Positions 29,128-41,786 of a DNA stretch of 64,000 bases are shown piece after piece; positions within the stretch are counted from its first letter, which is position 1, and each line of letters opens with the position of its first letter. The notes beneath the pieces are model-generated. The model saw only the letters and a program-made list of their open reading frames with translations, was not told the DNA's origin and did no database searches. The DNA lies in NCBI RefSeq assembly GCF_009914755.1, contig NC_060933.1; one strand, given 5' to 3'. The position numbers were made by a program, and so were the translations under genes. Source of the DNA: the human T2T-CHM13v2.0 reference genome, Homo sapiens.

Positions 29128-30385
29128 TTAGTTATAAAAATGACTAGAAAGAACAGATAACGGTGATTCAACATACCATTGGTTCCCAGGGAAGGGACTA
29201 GAACAGAAAAAAATTAAAAAATAGAACAAAATATAAATATAAATATAAAAAAATTTTTCTGAATTGAAGATGGGTCTTCATCTATAGGACTTTCCATGTA
29301 TCAGACAAAATTAATGAAAATCCACCAATATTGAGGCCTATTCTGATGGGGTTATTGTATTTCAAAGACTGAAAAGAGCTGTAGAAGCCTGTAGAGGTTC
29401 AGGGACACATTCCCTAAAAGGGAAAATAGACTTAGGGTTGCTTCTCAGTCATAAAATATGTTAGAGAAGGGTGGAACAGTGTTTTGGAGAAAAATAAGTT
29501 CTCCCTCAGTAAGAACTTTTTTTTCAATTTAAAAGCTGATCACCTCTGCAACTTTCAAGGAGAAAAAAATCAAAAATTTTTGTAGACATATTCCAAATAA
29601 TCAAGGGGAAAACCAAAATAATGAACTCATAAAATGGGGAAATTGAGATATAAAAGGACTAAATAGTTACCTGTTTTAAATCCATTTTCACAACAAATTA
29701 CATCTAAAATATATGGCCTTACAGAAGTATACAAAGCTATGCATACCAAGAGGTTCATATGTGACTATTTTAAATCAAAACAACCTATTTAGCACTATTT
29801 CTCATTCTGTTATTATTCATTTAGATTTAACTATGTATTTTATAAGAACAATTGCACCATCGTATTGTCTTGTTTTCATATTTATCTTGAAGTCTCTCAT
29901 TCTGAATCGTTGGAAGTTTGGATATGATCTGTTCTACGTTGGTTTCCTCAGGTGTGATTCTTCACATGTGGGAGTTTATTTTCTTCATTGCTGCATTTAC
30001 GCAGGTGAATAATATCTTACCTAGGTAGAAAATTCTTATATTGCAATCTTTTTTCTTAAAAGTCTGTAGAAGTTGTTAGCTCACTAAATTCTATCTTCTA
30101 GTTTTTCAGATGAGACATCCAGTGCTTTTACTCCTTGCTAGAAATTTCTCCTTTCCACTGGCATTGGGTAGAGGTTTATCTTTGGAGACGTTTTTTTTTT
30201 TTTTTTTTTTCTTTTTAACCAGGATATTTATGCTGTAGTGCATGTCTATTTTAGTCAATACTGAAATTCAGTGATGCCTTTCAATCTGAAGGCTCAAAAA
30301 TTTCTTAAACTCAAATTTTTGTTTACTAGTTTTCTAATTATTTCTTTCTTCTGTTTGTATATAAGGTCTTCTGAATTTGTTATCA

Positions 30386-30830
30386 GTATTAGTTTCCAAA
30401 GGCTGCTGTAACCTATTAACCATAAACTGGGGACATACACAACTCAGATTTATTCTATAACCGTTGTTGAGGCTTGAAGTCTGAAATTAGGGTGTCAGTA
30501 GGGCTGTACTCTCTCTTTAGAACCTGGGGAAGAATCCTCCTTGCCTCTTCTGGCTTCTGGTGGTTGCCAGCAATTCTTGGTGCTTCTTTGTGGCAACATA
30601 ACTCTAATCTGCCTCCTTCTTCACATAGCCTTCTTCCCTGGGTCTTCTCTGTGTCTTCAAATTTCTACAAGGACACCAGTCATTGGATTTATGGCCCACC
30701 TTAATCCCAAAGATGTCATCTTAACTTGACTACATCTGCAAAGACCCTATTTCTAAATAAAGTTACATTAACAGGTACTAGAGGTTAAGACTTTAACATA
30801 TCTTTTTGAGGGACACAATTCAACCCTTGT
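30386..30830 (-). mobile_element. MLT1C-like MaLR LTR
   Basis: gtattagtttcc...ggctgctgtaac...catctgcaaagaccctattt...ggacacaattcaaccc. Confidence 0.85.
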
Positions 30831-31399
30831 CATCCAAGTCTCTAACCTCATGATATCTATCTCTTTGTTAGATACTTCTTATACTTAATCTATCAACTTT
30901 TAACATTAAAAAGGTTTTTATTTGATAAAAATACTTTTATTTAGTGCTGTGATTGAATCTCCTTAGGTGCTCTTAATACTTTTGCTAAAAGCTGCCTGTT
31001 CTCAATGTTCTGCTTGTTCTGCTTCTCTGTGGATGGCCAGAGCTCCATAGCTGTGTTTTTTTTCCTTCATCCACTCATGTCTCATTTTTTGGGCATGGGG
31101 TTGTTGCTATACCTTACCTGGAATCTACCTTATGTGGAGGTGGAAATTGAACAAGTTTCATTCCCTTAGAGCCAGTGATGTAGCAGATGGTGACTTGTCA
31201 ATCTCCCATTTGGGTCCCAAAGGGAAAGGTTCTCTGCTGTGCTTGTCTCAGTTGCAATATGCAGGTCAGGAGTTTCCCACGGACCCCTGCACATGACTGC
31301 ATTTGGATTTGAGGAGTTACCTTAGGAATGCCTAAAAAGTACCAATGTTTAGTCTCTATCCTTGGTTTAACTGGCCTGGATTCCTAGTCTTTGGATTAC

Positions 31400-31720
31400 A
31401 TGCAGAACTTCTTATACTTTCATGTACACGTGATTCCCTGGGCATCTTGTGGAAATACAGATTCTGATTCATGATGTCTGAAGTAGGCTGTGATTCAGCA
31501 TTTCTAACAAATTGCCACATTTTGCTTCTGCTGCTGCTGCAGGTAATTAGAGCGCTGATTCTCAAACTTGGCCATGCATTGGGAACACCTGGTAAACTTT
31601 CAAAACACTAAGGGTTCTACCCCACCCTCTGAGATTCGCATTTAATTGATATGGGGTGTTGCTTGGGTAATAGGAATTGTAAAAGCTCCTCAGGTGTTTC
31701 TAATTTGGTGAACCACCGTG
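31400..31720. mobile_element. Two MER5-family hAT-Charlie elements
   Basis: cagattctgattca...gcatttctaacaa; ttctcaaacttgg...aaagctcctcaggtgtttctaat. Confidence 0.7.
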
Positions 31721-31836
31721 ATAGAGCTTTTCCAGCCTCAGGGCTAGGGTTGACTCAGCTGCTGTGTTTAGTTTCCCTGAAGTTCCTCTCCGGGATCCTT
31801 AGTGGTCAGAGGACAGACATCTCTCCAGGTTGCCAG

Positions 31837-32012
31837 GTATTATAATTCACATCCTTGGGCTTCTTGCTGCCATCCCAGTGTTGTCTCCAACCAGAGGGAA
31901 AAACGTTGCAGGTTTGTTCTTTTCGTATTATAATTCACATCCTTGGGCTTCTTGCTGCCATCCCAGTGTTGTCTCCACCCAGAGGGAAAAACGTTGCAAG
32001 TTTGTTCCTTTC
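31837..32012 (+). repeat. Tandem duplication, 2 x 88 bp
   Basis: 31837-31924 vs 31925-32012; 3 mismatches. Confidence 0.97.
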
Positions 32013-32886
32013 ATTAGCAGAGCCCAAGACCTTACTTATAATCTTCAGACCCTGACTGGTGTCTTCTGCACTCCAGAGGCTGATTGTTGGATTGAAAGCA
32101 GGCTGACAGGGCACTAAGAATGTGTTTAAGTGATTCTTTTCTCCAAATTGAAATGTTTACTTTTTAAGAGTTTTTTTCTTATTCTCTGATTTGTTTTTTG
32201 CTTTTACAATACAGTATTTTGCTTTATAGAAGGGATATCTTCTTAAACTTCACTGAGGACTCTACTTTCCCTTTTACTTTTTCTAAAGGTTATTATAATT
32301 TTTAAATCTTGGTATTAATCTTGCAGCCTGCAGTATTTCCTTAAATGTCTCATTTGCTCATATTTAGAACTGGGTGATGGTAAATCTGACTGCATCATCT
32401 ATGGTGGTAGTTAAGATTTATTAACTTCAGGCTTTAGGGTAAGGGGAAGAAACTGGCTATTTGGTTAGGGAACACCTGTGTAATAGAATGAGGTGGTATG
32501 TGCTCCCTGGAACAAGCATCCAGCTTTAGTTGCCTTAGTTCTTTCCAGGTTTGTCTGTGGTTAAGTGTAAAGCTTTGGGCCACTAATGGCAGTCAAAGGA
32601 GAGGGACAAATTATTTCACAAATTTCTGTACATAGACCTTTGTGTACTGTCCATTTTTAACTTTTTAAATAGTTTTCTCCTTTTGTCATATTGCCCTTTA
32701 CTTGCTGCGCTGCTGAGTGGATCAGCTTTTTCCTTCACAGATGCTCTTACCACATGTGCTCCAGACTGGCTTTTTTTTGCTATGCCTCATCTGCTGAGAT
32801 TCTTCCATTTACCTCCCATTGCTTATTGCTGGCTACGCTCGTATTCCTTCATTTGTTGTAGGCTTATACTTTTTTAAGATTCTATT

Positions 32887-33553
32887 ACTTTTACACTGTT
32901 GGTGGGACTGTAAACTAGTTCAACCATTGTGGAAGTCAGTGTGGCGATTCCTCAGGGATGTAGAACTAGAAATACCATTTGACCCAGCCATCCCATTACT
33001 GGGTATATACCCAAAGGACTATAAATCATGCTGCTATGAAGACACATGCACACGTATGTTTATTGCGGCATTATTCACAATAGCAAAGACTTGGAACCAA
33101 CCCAAATGTCCAACAATGATAGACTGGATTAAGAAAATGTGGCACATATACACCATGGAATACTATGCAGCCATAAAAAATGATGAGTTCATGTCCTTTG
33201 TAGGGACATGGATGAAATTGGAAATCATCATTCTCAGTAAACTATCACAAGAACAAAAAACCAAACACCATATATTCTCACTCATAGGTGGGAATTGAAC
33301 AATGAGAACACATGGACACAGGAAGGGGAACATCACACTCTGGAGACTGTTGTGGGGTGGGGGGAGGGGGGAGGGATAGCACTGGGAGATATACCTAATG
33401 CTAGATGACACATTAGTGGGTGCAGTGCACCAGCATGGCACATGTATACGTATGTAACTAACCTGCACATTTTGCACATGTACCCTAAAACTTAAAGTAT
33501 AATAATAATACATAAATAATAAAAAAAAAGAAAACTTTTCTTTAAAAAAAAAA
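32887..33553 (+). mobile_element. Young 5'-truncated L1 (L1PA2-like) 3' end
   Basis: Intact ORF2 C-terminus (CWWDCKLVQPLWKSVWRFL...IGGN*), 3'UTR, poly(A); 14-bp TSD aagattcta[t/c]tact (32876-32889, 33554-33567) at a TT|AAGA endonuclease site. Confidence 0.97.
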
Positions 33554-34887
33554 AAGATTCTACTACTATCAAGGAGTATGAGGAGGACGGGGAAGACCTG
33601 CTGTCTCATCTCAGAAACATTTTAGCATCATTGTTAATGGCTATACAATAATTAATTTTGCTGATGTAACATATTAATCTAATGAGAACTCTGTTGGAAT
33701 TCAATTTCTCCCCAGTTTTTACAACTATAAACAATTGTACAATATACAACCCTGGGATAAAATCTTGTTTCAAGCCTTTCAGACAAAAGCTTACAAATAT
33801 AACTGTTAGGTCAATTTAGGTATATTTTAAAAATATGTTAATAAATTATGCCCACATCTTTTCAATATGGATTGCATCAATTTACATCTCCCATTCTCCA
33901 GTGTTGCCTCCAACACTGGATAAAATAATTATTTCCTTAATCTTTCACTGTCTTTTAAGTTAATAATTTGATCTCATTTTAATATTATCATTTTGAAAAG
34001 ACCAACCACCCTATGTAAATAGCATTGCCCTTTGCAAGCCAATTACTCCCTGTAATTTTAAATTATTTTAGGCTCCTTATAATATTGATCAGATCTAAAT
34101 GTATTGATCCCTCCCACTTCTCAAACTCCATGAGATCAGAGTCATTATCTTTATGGCTTTATTCCCTAAATTTAGGAAAAGTATTTGTAGGTACACAGTA
34201 AGTATTTTCTGAATAAAAAATATAGGAGAAAGCATGTTTATGAAAGCATTTTTAAAGAGATATTTCAGTCAATTACAAATGACTCAATATTCAAGTATTT
34301 CATTTTCACTCTAATTTTTATAACCCAAACTACTCTTCAATCTGGACCTTTCATTTGTATACAGTTACAAATACAACCCAAGCACCAGAAGGTCTGTAGA
34401 ATGAATTCGCTCTTTGGTAAAGAGATTTATATCTACGAAACTATAGAGGACCTGTGGTAATTATTGGGTGTATCCCAGAAGTCATCCCTGTAGCACCGAT
34501 TTTATTGCAAGAATATGCATGCTTAACTAGTTTTTGTCTTTATTTTAAGCGCTTTAACCCCACACTGATCCCAGGACTTCTTTTCCTGTGATTTTTTAAT
34601 GGTAGGAAATGGAACTACCAGCTCTCTACAGATGTCAGAGAGCCAGCCTTGCAGACAGCTGGAAAAAACAGGTGTACAGAAATCCAGGGACTATTAACAT
34701 ATCTAATTGAATAAGTGTTGGTAGTTACAAAAGTAATTAAGAATAAAAGAAAGCCTTGTGAAGCGCCTAACAAAAACATTGCTGGTAATCACTGCCAACT
34801 TAAAGCTCATTTTGTGAAGCTTTCTAAAAATTGGGATCATTTGATATAGAATATTACCTTTTGTCTTGTAATTTACATAGGTATCTT

Positions 34888-35352
34888 TAATGAACAGCTC
34901 GTTTATAGTTCCACTGAGTTTTTCCTGTGTGTGTTGCAGGCGTCTTTGAAACAGCAGTATCAGCAATTTAGAGTCAGCAGGCTTCCTCCTGAATATTTAT
35001 GGAAAGATTTCAAAAGTACACTTACCAGTTTTCTTTAAGTTGTCTTTATGAAATTACCACGTTTCATCCTATACTAGAAACATTCTTCTTTTATAATTAA
35101 AAAATGGAAGTTTTTCCACCATGGCTCCTTTGTTAGAATTTTCATATTGAATCCCATGAATGATTCCATATAACATTTTATGACTATTTTTCTAATTATA
35201 AAAGAAGTAGATAATTATTGTAAAACAAAGGAAATTATTTACATAAAAAATATATCACACATGCTACAGCCACATGGAGAGCATGTATTTTATATATATA
35301 TGTATATATGTGTATATATGAGTATATATTTGTGTGTGTGTGTGTATATATG

Positions 35353-35412
<60 letters not shown>

Positions 35413-35502
35413 CTGACTCTAAATTGCTGATACTGCTGTTTCAAAGATGCCTGCAACACACACAGGAAAAACTCAGTGGAACTATAAACGAGCTCTTCAT
35501 TA
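34888..35502. repeat. Inverted repeat: 92-bp arms at 34888-34979 and 35411-35502
   Basis: Arms are reverse complements with 2 mismatches. Confidence 0.97.
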
Positions 35503-35580
35503 TATACATATATACACACATATATACATATATACACATATACATATATATACATATATACACATATGTATATATATATG
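35291..35580. repeat. (TA)n/(TATG)n/(TG)n compound microsatellite interrupted by a 92-bp insert
   Basis: Pure TA run ~35363-35407; TG-containing left flank, CA-containing right flank. Confidence 0.95.
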
Positions 35581-35591
35581 GTGGCTAGCAG

Positions 35592-35980
35592 TATATTAGT
35601 TTGCTAGGGCTGACATAACAAAGTACCATACACTGGATAGCTGAAGCAACACACATTTATTTTCTCACAGTTCTGGGGGCTACTTGTCTGAGTCTGGGTG
35701 TTGGAAGGGTTGCTTATTTTGAGACTTCTATCCTAGACTTGCAGATAGTCATCTTTCCCTGTGTTTTCGCCGCATCTTGTCCCACTATATATTTGCCTGC
35801 CTGTGTTCTTATCTCCTCTTTTTAAAGAGGATCAGTCATATTGGATTGGATTTCAATCTAAAGACCACCTTTTAACTTAACTATTTCTTTAAATACTTTG
35901 TATTCAGATATACATTCTGAGGTACTGGGGGTAAGAACTTCAACATACGCATTTCGGAAGGACACAATTCAGCTCCTAAC
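35592..35980 (-). mobile_element. MLT1A0-like MaLR LTR
   Basis: tattagtttgctagggctgacataacaaagtacca...cattctgaggtactggggg...ggacacaattcagc. Confidence 0.85.
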
Positions 35981-36004
35981 TTGAGGCTTTTAAATGTTTG
36001 TCTT

Positions 36005-36385
36005 AACAGCTTTATTGAGATGTAATTGACCTATAATAAGTTGCACATGGGAATTGGATAAAATTATACACATTTTCCATGTGTAATTTAATGTAATTTT
36101 TGACATATGTATTTACCCATGAAACTATTACCGTAGACAATATAATAAACGTATGCATCCCCTTCAGAAGTTACCTTATGCTCCTGTAATTTCTCTATCC
36201 TTCTCTTTCCTGCTCTGTTCCCATCCTCAGAAAGACACTAATCTACTATATGTTAATTTGCATTTCCTAGAATTTTATAAAATGGAAACATATACATATA
36301 GCATGTGCTTTTTTTTGTTGGTCTGGCTTTTTTCATTCAGGATAATTATTCTGAGATTCTATCATGTTATATTGTGTATTACAGC
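36005..36385 (-). mobile_element. L1MB/L1MC 3' end
   Basis: aacagctttattgagatgtaattgac...gcatttcctagaattttataaaatggaa. Confidence 0.75.
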
Positions 36386-37944
36386 ATCTAGCACAATACC
36401 TGGCACATGACAGGTACCCTCATTATTAACTCAATAAATAAATAAAATATAAATTAATGGCTATTTTAGGAGGTTAAGGAGATTGGACATTACAACATAT
36501 GCAGTTAAATGACACTCATAGTTTTGGTGTTCTCTCTGAAGCTTTTACAAGTGAATGAATGAACCAGGTCTATAGTTTAGAAAACGTCTCTGATGGCAGC
36601 TTGAAGGATGGATTTGTGGCAGGGAGAGGCTAAAAGCAGGGGACCAATTATTAAAAATTCTGACATAATGGTTCCTATACATGGGATTTGCATATGGGCA
36701 TCCATGTTAAAATATCCAGTAGGCAATTGAAAATGGAAATGAGTAGGAAGATTGATTTTTTTTCTTTTTGGTTGGAGGAGTGATGGGGAGGTAGGAGATG
36801 GAAAGGTGAGTGAGAAAATTAGGATGGGATTTCCTAAATCTATTTGTAAAGTTGCCAGATAACTTTATCCCTGTATGACAATACAGAGGAAAGAAAATGG
36901 GTATCAGAAAAAACCAATTACAGTCTCAAATATTACCTTTCTCACTAACCTTAAGTAACACTGCCTTTGTGCCTGTTTGCTCATGTTTTTTAGGATTTAT
37001 TGTTCCTGGTGTTTTCAGACTTCACAGTGATGAACTCAGATGTGGATCCTTATTTCCTGTGCCAGGATGTTTCATCTTGAAGACTGGTGAGATTGGGAAA
37101 TTCCTTTTGATTATTTATTTTGTAAATTTTTTCTTCTCTGTGTTCTCTATAATCTGTTTTTTGAAATTTCATTTCTTGGTTAGTGATACTGATATTTTTG
37201 GCTTGATGTGTCTTTATATTTGCTCTCATATTTTTCATTTCTTTGATTATTTCCCAACTTGACTATTGAAATTTTTATTTTGTTAATCTTATTTTGTAAT
37301 TTCCCAAGAGGTTTTTCTGGTTTCTTTTATTATTACTTTTTACATAGTGGCCTATTCCTGATTTATGAATATTATGTTGTCTGGACCATTTCTTAGAATA
37401 CTAATTAGAGTGTTTTAAACTTCTTTTTTGTTCCTTATCTTATCGCTGCTTACCCCTTCCCCTTTTGTTTGTTTCAGTCTTTCTTTTGCATGTTGTATTT
37501 TTTTTTCTCAAATGTTGATTCTCAGCGGCAAATTTGCTTTTAATAACAAAGTTCTTCCTGAGCATCTAATTTATTTCAAAAGAATTCTGCTTCTATCCCC
37601 TTTTCTTAACTTGGGGTAAATGCCTGCCTGAAGAATGTTATCTATGAAGGTGGTGAGCAGGAGTTTAAAATGGTGGAAATGACAGTTCTGTATTTGAAGT
37701 GTCAGCTAATCTTCTTTTCAGCCTCACTTCTAATTCATGGTCTACATTGTATTGAGAATTACAAGATATTCTCTCCGGGGATTTGCTGGTTGAATAAATG
37801 CCTTCTTTACTGCATTCTCTCCACACTTTTTTTGTTGTTGTTGCAACATTCCTTCCTCTGCTTCATTAACATTTTAACATCCATCTTCCTAAAGTTTGTT
37901 GATATCTGTATTGTGCTAATAGATCCGTTTCTTTTTTTTACTTC

Positions 37945-38523
37945 TTAAAAAAAGATACATAATATTTATACATATGGATGGGGTACATGTGATGTTTTGT
38001 TATATACGTAGATCACATAAATGGTAAGTCAGAGTATTTAGGGTATTCATCACTTTGAGTGTTAATTGTTTCCATGTGTTGGGAACATTTCAAGTCCTCC
38101 ATTCTAGCTATTTTGAAATACATGTTATTGTTAACTATAGTCATCCTATTCTGCTATCAAATATTAGAACTTATTTCTTCTAATTATATGTTTGCACCCT
38201 AACCAACCTCTCTTCCTCAACTTCTCCCTCCCACGCCCTTTTCAGCCTCTCATATCTATCGTTCTACTTTCTACTTTCATGAGATCAAGTTTTTTAGCTC
38301 CTACTCATGAGAACATGCGATATTTGTCTTTCTGTGCATGGCTTATTTAACTTAACAGAATGACCATTAGTTCTGTCCATGTTGCTGCAGATGACATAAT
38401 TTCATTCTTTTTACAGCTGAGTAGTATTCAATTATGTATATATACCACCTTTTCTTTATCCATTCATCTGTTGATGGATACTTAGGTTGATTGCGTATAT
38501 TGCCTTGTGAACAGTATTGCAGT
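37945..38523 (-). mobile_element. L1MA4-like 3' end
   Basis: ggggtacatgtgatgttttg...gggaacatttcaagtcctc...ttaactatagtca...gagaacatgcgatatttgtctttctgtg. Confidence 0.85.
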
Positions 38524-38929
38524 AACCCTTTCTTGTTTTATTTTTGTGTTGTGGGTTTTTTTTTTTATGTTTTAGTCTTTTATCATTTTATGGTCTTGGC
38601 TTGATCTATGTTTGACATCTTGAAACCTGTAAGAGGAGCAATACTGTCTAACTTAAAAATATTCTGAAGATTAAATAACATAATATATGCAATATTTTAA
38701 ATTAACATATTAAATACTAGTCTAAGTTTTCCATTATGTAAGAGCATTTTCTAACAGATGTTCTGCCAGCTAACCCCAAAGTATATGTAATAAAATTATA
38801 GCCTATATAATATTTTATTTTCAACAACCTGGTCACAGAAAGAAGATACACTAACTACTCAGAGGAAGATTCTATAGGTTGTATTTTTTTTAGAAAACTT
38901 ACCGTAGTTCTACTTTCCTTTCGAATTCA

Positions 38930-39443
38930 GTTTTGATCTGTGAGATCCTAAGCAGAGAAATCCAGTTGAGCCCACTGATATGCTTTGTATTTTTGTCCCT
39001 ACCCAAATCTCATGTTGAATTGTCATCTCCAGTGTTGGAGGAGGGGCTTGGGAGGAGGCGATTGAATCGTGGGGTAGATTTCCCTCTTGCTGTTCTTGTG
39101 ATAGTGAGTTCTCATGAGACATGGTTATTTAAAAGTGTGCAGCACCTTTCCCTTCGTTCTCTCCTCACGTGTAAGACATGCCTCCTTCCTCTTCGCTTTC
39201 TGCCATATTTTAAGTTTCCTAAGGTCTCTCCAGCCATGCTTCCTACGTAACCTGTGGAACTGTAAGACAATTAAACCTCTTTTCTTTATAAATTACCCAG
39301 CCTCAGGTAAATCTTTATAGCAATGTGAGAATGGATTAATACACTCAGACGTCTGCACTACAGAACTGTGAGATAATAAATGCGTATTGTTTTGAGTTTC
39401 TTAAAGTTGTGGTAATTTGATATGTAATAATAAAAAATATATA
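38930..39443 (+). mobile_element. MLT1 LTR 3' half, split by the MSTA
   Basis: gtgagatcctaagcagagaaatccagttgagcccac ... tacagaactgtgagataataaatg. Confidence 0.7.
38976..39343 (+). mobile_element. MSTA MaLR solo LTR
   Basis: tgatatgctttg...cccaaatctcatgttgaattg...caattaaacctcttttctttataaattacccag...taataca. Confidence 0.9.
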
Positions 39444-39689
39444 CAGATAGACTGGAGGAGGGAGGGACAGAGTCAGAGAGACAAAGTTATCCCTGTATCT
39501 CCTGTCTAATTGTTTACCTATAAGCAAAGTTTGTGTGCCTTGGAAGTCCTTAGTAATTAAAAATGGATAGTCGCATATTTTATTGTATCTTCAACACCCA
39601 TAATGCACACAGTCAATAGCCAGTGATTAAGTAAATATGCATTAGATCCATAGATAATAATATGGTAAATTTTATTATTTTTCAGGGCA

Positions 39690-41786
39690 TTTACTGCCTC
39701 TCCCTTTGGCAGATTTACCCTGTCTTGCTCCACTGATGTAAGGCTAGGTCTGTGCTATTGTCTGAATATTTGTGTCCTTCTCAAATTTGTATGTTGAAAA
39801 CCTAATCACCAATGTGATCATATTTGGAAGTGGAAATTTTGGTAGGTAATGAGATTGTGAAAACAGAACCCTCATAAATGAGATTAGTGCCCTTACAAAA
39901 GAGTCCCCAGAAGCTGCCTTGCCCCTTCTACCATTTGAGGACACAGCTAGAAGGCAACATCTATGTTGAGGGCCCTCAGTCAGACACTGAATCTGCCAGT
40001 GCCTTGATCTTGGATTTCTCAACCTCTAGAACAGCAAGAAATATATTTCTGTTGTTTATAAACTATTCAGTTTATGATATGTTGTGATAGCAGCCTAAAT
40101 AGACTAAGACAGTAACAAATAACTGACAATGAAATATGAACGGAAGTGGCATTTGCCATGAGGCCTGGGTATGTGGATGGGAATACCCCTTTAGCCTGGG
40201 TCCTAGCATGAAGGTACCATGAAACAGAGCTGAAGCTAACCTGTAATAGACATGAAGAATGAACAAGAGATTCATGTTTATTATCATAAGCCTGTGAGAA
40301 TCATGAATCACTTTTTACCACAGCGTGACTTGCCTAAGCTGACTGAATTAATTCTTGGCACATCCAGTGGAGACCTGCTATAACAAAAACTGAAAATAAA
40401 TGATACTGGCTCTAAGGTGAGAAATAGATGATGAAGAATCTATTATTAGAAACTAGAAAGATGGTAGCTCAAGTTATGTAATAGTGTGATATTAATACAA
40501 GGATTACTGTAATAACTTGGAACTCATGGCTTTAGGCAGAGATGTGGGAAACAGAGTATCAGCAGTGCTTCCTGCTTACTATGACAGAATTTAACAGACC
40601 ATTTAATAGTAGTTTTCAACCTTGGCTATAAAGTAAAATCAACTGTGAATAAAAAAGGCTGATTAAAACTCAGCCTTTTGATAAAGACCTAAGCAAGGGT
40701 ATGGTTTTCCTGTCCTTTGTTAAAACCTCTGAATGCATTGTGATTGTGCTCAGTAGATCATTTTAGTTGGACAAAAAGCTCTAAAAAAAGGATGTAGTCT
40801 TCCCATAGGAACGTGTTCAACTCAAGAAATGGAAAATTAGGTCTGCTATTGACACATATTGCTGACTGGAATAAAACAAATTTTTAAAAATCAAAATTTT
40901 GAGGGTATTGAGTTATACCACTAAAAACTTCATCAGCTTGGCCTAAAAGAGACTAAGACTTAAAACAACTATTGAGTACCCAACCTTTTCTATGCAGGAA
41001 GAAGACGGAGAAAGCAGCTCAGTCTTTTATGCCTATGTCAGCTGTGGCCAAGGAGGGTAATAGAAATGTAGAACCTTCCAGAAGGTGAAGCAAGAGTCAA
41101 GGAAAATAACAGGATGCAGGCTACTATTAGGAAGCAGAACTGGGGCCTTATCAAGTAGTATTTCCACTCCAGAGTAGTAGACTCTCTGACATCTACCTCA
41201 CAGGATTTCAGAATTGCTGTGAAGAGGTATTAAGTAAGTCTCTTTTCCAAATGGAAATGCTTACTGTGGTTTCTTGGACTTTTGCCTATCATCTTACTAA
41301 TATATTGAGTTTTTAGAATGCAAATAGTTTTTTTTTTTAAGTGCATAGGTATCTGGATCAAGGAGTCAACAACTGGTTCTAATGAAGAGATTATCTTGAA
41401 GTCTTGAACTTTGAGTATGATGCTATTATCGGGTGGGACTTTGGAGTTTTAACTGTTGAGTAGGCTTAGCCTCATGACTTGGTTTGGTCCATTGAATGTT
41501 GAGTGGAAGTGATATAGGCAACTTCCAAGCAGAAGCTTTAAGAGTTATTGCATGATCCCACTGTCTTTTCTATTTACCATAAAAGCTGGCAGGGTCCCAT
41601 ATGGATCAGGGGTGACCTTTTAATCTGGGCCCCAGAATGAAGAAAATATAAAGCAGAGGTAAATCTCTCTCACAGTGGACATGTAAAATGAGCAAGAAAT
41701 AAATATATCTCCGAAATTTCCTCTTCTTTTTAGTCGTCATCATTTTTGTCATATTCTTGCTGCAGCAGCCTAAGCTGACTGATATA
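39690..41786 (+). mobile_element. Relic MLT1I/J-like provirus (LTR-int-LTR)
   Basis: Two related LTRs that both end cctaagctgactga (~40350 and ~41785), flanking MLT-int-like sequence. Confidence 0.65.
39753..40111 (+). mobile_element. MLT1A-like LTR nested in the older LTR
   Basis: tgctattgtctgaatatttgtgtcc...gagattagtgccctta...gactaagaca. Confidence 0.85.

Larger units (their letters stand above)
26800..29660 (+). mobile_element. Ancient L1M/HAL1-like ORF1-region fragment, interrupted by younger L1s at 27318-29127
   Basis: A-rich degenerate ORF1-like sequence on both sides of the nested L1s. Confidence 0.4.

Noticed and set aside
32819-33298. 159-aa ORF (also 8982-9329, 27539-27781, 28541-28984)
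   Set aside because: Fragments of L1 ORF2 in truncated elements, not host genes.
35180-35588. YI-repeat ORFs and the peptide shared with ORF 34703-34966
   Set aside because: Microsatellite read-through plus the inverted duplication; not coding.
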